DNA of 64,000 nucleotides from Lachnospiraceae bacterium (GTDB lineage Bacteria; Bacillota; Clostridia; Lachnospirales; Lachnospiraceae): NCBI GenBank assembly GCA_024697595.1, contig JAILFK010000008.1, positions 23,972 to 87,971 of the forward strand, read 5' to 3'. Shown piece by piece: positions 63,390 to 64,000 of this stretch (position 1 is its first letter; each line of letters starts with the position of its first letter). The notes under the pieces were generated by a model. It saw only the letters and a program-made list of their open reading frames with translations, ran no database searches and was not told where the DNA came from. The position numbers and the translations under genes were made by a program.

Positions 63390-64000
63390 CTATTTAAATT
63401 TTTTTATCACCTGAAGAATAGACTCCCAAATTTCATCATTAACTTCTAATATTTCTTTTATCTTTTCATCAGAAAAATCCGTCTTTTCTCTAAGGCTAAC
63501 AACAAATTTTGCATAGACTGATACCATTATAGGAATCGATATATCATCGAGCAATCGATTCAAAATATCATCATTTTCCATAAGAAAATTATGTAAATCA
63601 AACTCTTCATCCAAAGCAAATTCGTCTATTCCACCATAATAATCCTCTTCCTCCTCATATCTATCTTCTGGTGGCACCACTTGATCAAATCTCAACTTAC
63701 CATCAAAATAATTTTTATATAATTCTTGTTCACTAATCGGCTTGATCTTGCGTGTAGTTTTTTTCATTTTAGACAATTCATCATTGACTCTTTTTAAATC
63801 AAAATCTTCCGCCTTTTGTAAATCATACCATTTTTTTAAATCTTCATATTCCTCATTTTTTGGATCTTCTAATACCTCTAAAAGATGTTCATATCCCCAT
63901 GGCCCTCCACAATCTTCCGGCGGAATCTCTCCTTTATATTTAACTACCATCGGAAAAGTATACTCATAATCTTCAATAACTTTCTCTATTTGAATCTGAT
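63390..64000 (-). CDS. Plasmid pRiA4b ORF-3-like family protein (5' end beyond the window)
   Basis: GEIPPEDCGGPWGYEHLLEVLEDPKNEEYEDLKKWY is the family hallmark. The frame stays open upstream of the track's ATG through nt 64000 (QIQIEKVIEDYEYTFPMVVKYKG). Confidence 0.7.
   Translation of the reverse strand, partial: QIQIEKVIEDYEYTFPMVVKYKGEIPPEDCGGPWGYEHLLEVLEDPKNEEYEDLKKWYDLQKAEDFDLKRVNDELSKMKKTTRKIKPISEQELYKNYFDGKLRFDQVVPPEDRYEEEEDYYGGIDEFALDEEFDLHNFLMENDDILNRLLDDISIPIMVSVYAKFVVSLREKTDFSDEKIKEILEVNDEIWESILQVIKKFK

Overview
This is a low-GC chromosomal segment that looks like a Firmicute, probably Clostridia or Lachnospiraceae (taxonomy inferred from gene content only). Essentially every credible gene is on the minus strand. 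The 5' part of glmS occupies 1-734. About 57 kb of cell-envelope glycopolymer genes follow, in three blocks.

Block A (0.8-20.7 kb) holds an LCP ligase, a UDPGP-type sugar pyrophosphorylase, a GtrA/GtrB-like pair, rmlC and a Wzx-type flippase. It also has nine GT-A/GT-B transferases, including an NxN-type GT6 (the blood-group A/B transferase family) and a GT11-like enzyme, plus a GT2-DUF2304-GT-C side-chain module. Next come two secreted enzymes (20.7-24.5 kb), a GH25 muramidase and a transglutaminase-fold protein, which share an unassigned ~103-aa tandem repeat.

Block B (24.5-34.5 kb) is an ABC-transporter-dependent pathway. It has a Wzt with a C-terminal glycan-binding domain, an N-terminally extended Wzm, a WbdD-like kinase with a vestigial methyltransferase, and two giant multidomain transferases.

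Block C (42.0-58.2 kb) is a second ABC-dependent pathway. It has a WbbM-like DUF4422-GT8 polymerase, two glf genes, a CDP-6-deoxyhexose branch, rmlA and the WbaP-type initiating phosphotransferase.

Blocks B and C are separated by a decayed accessory patch (34.6-42.0 kb). It contains a flavin reductase-rubredoxin fusion, tspO, a bile-salt-hydrolase-family gene, polytopic membrane proteins, an MBL-fold pseudogene, a tspO relic and an IS256-type transposase relic.

The right end carries a Zn-ribbon membrane protein, a larE-like gene and pgeF. It also carries a candidate split HipA-type kinase module, driven by a consensus promoter with twin palindromic operators, and a pRiA4b-ORF3-like gene that runs off the window. 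I saw no rRNA, tRNA or CRISPR. All family calls come from motif recognition by eye; no database search was possible.
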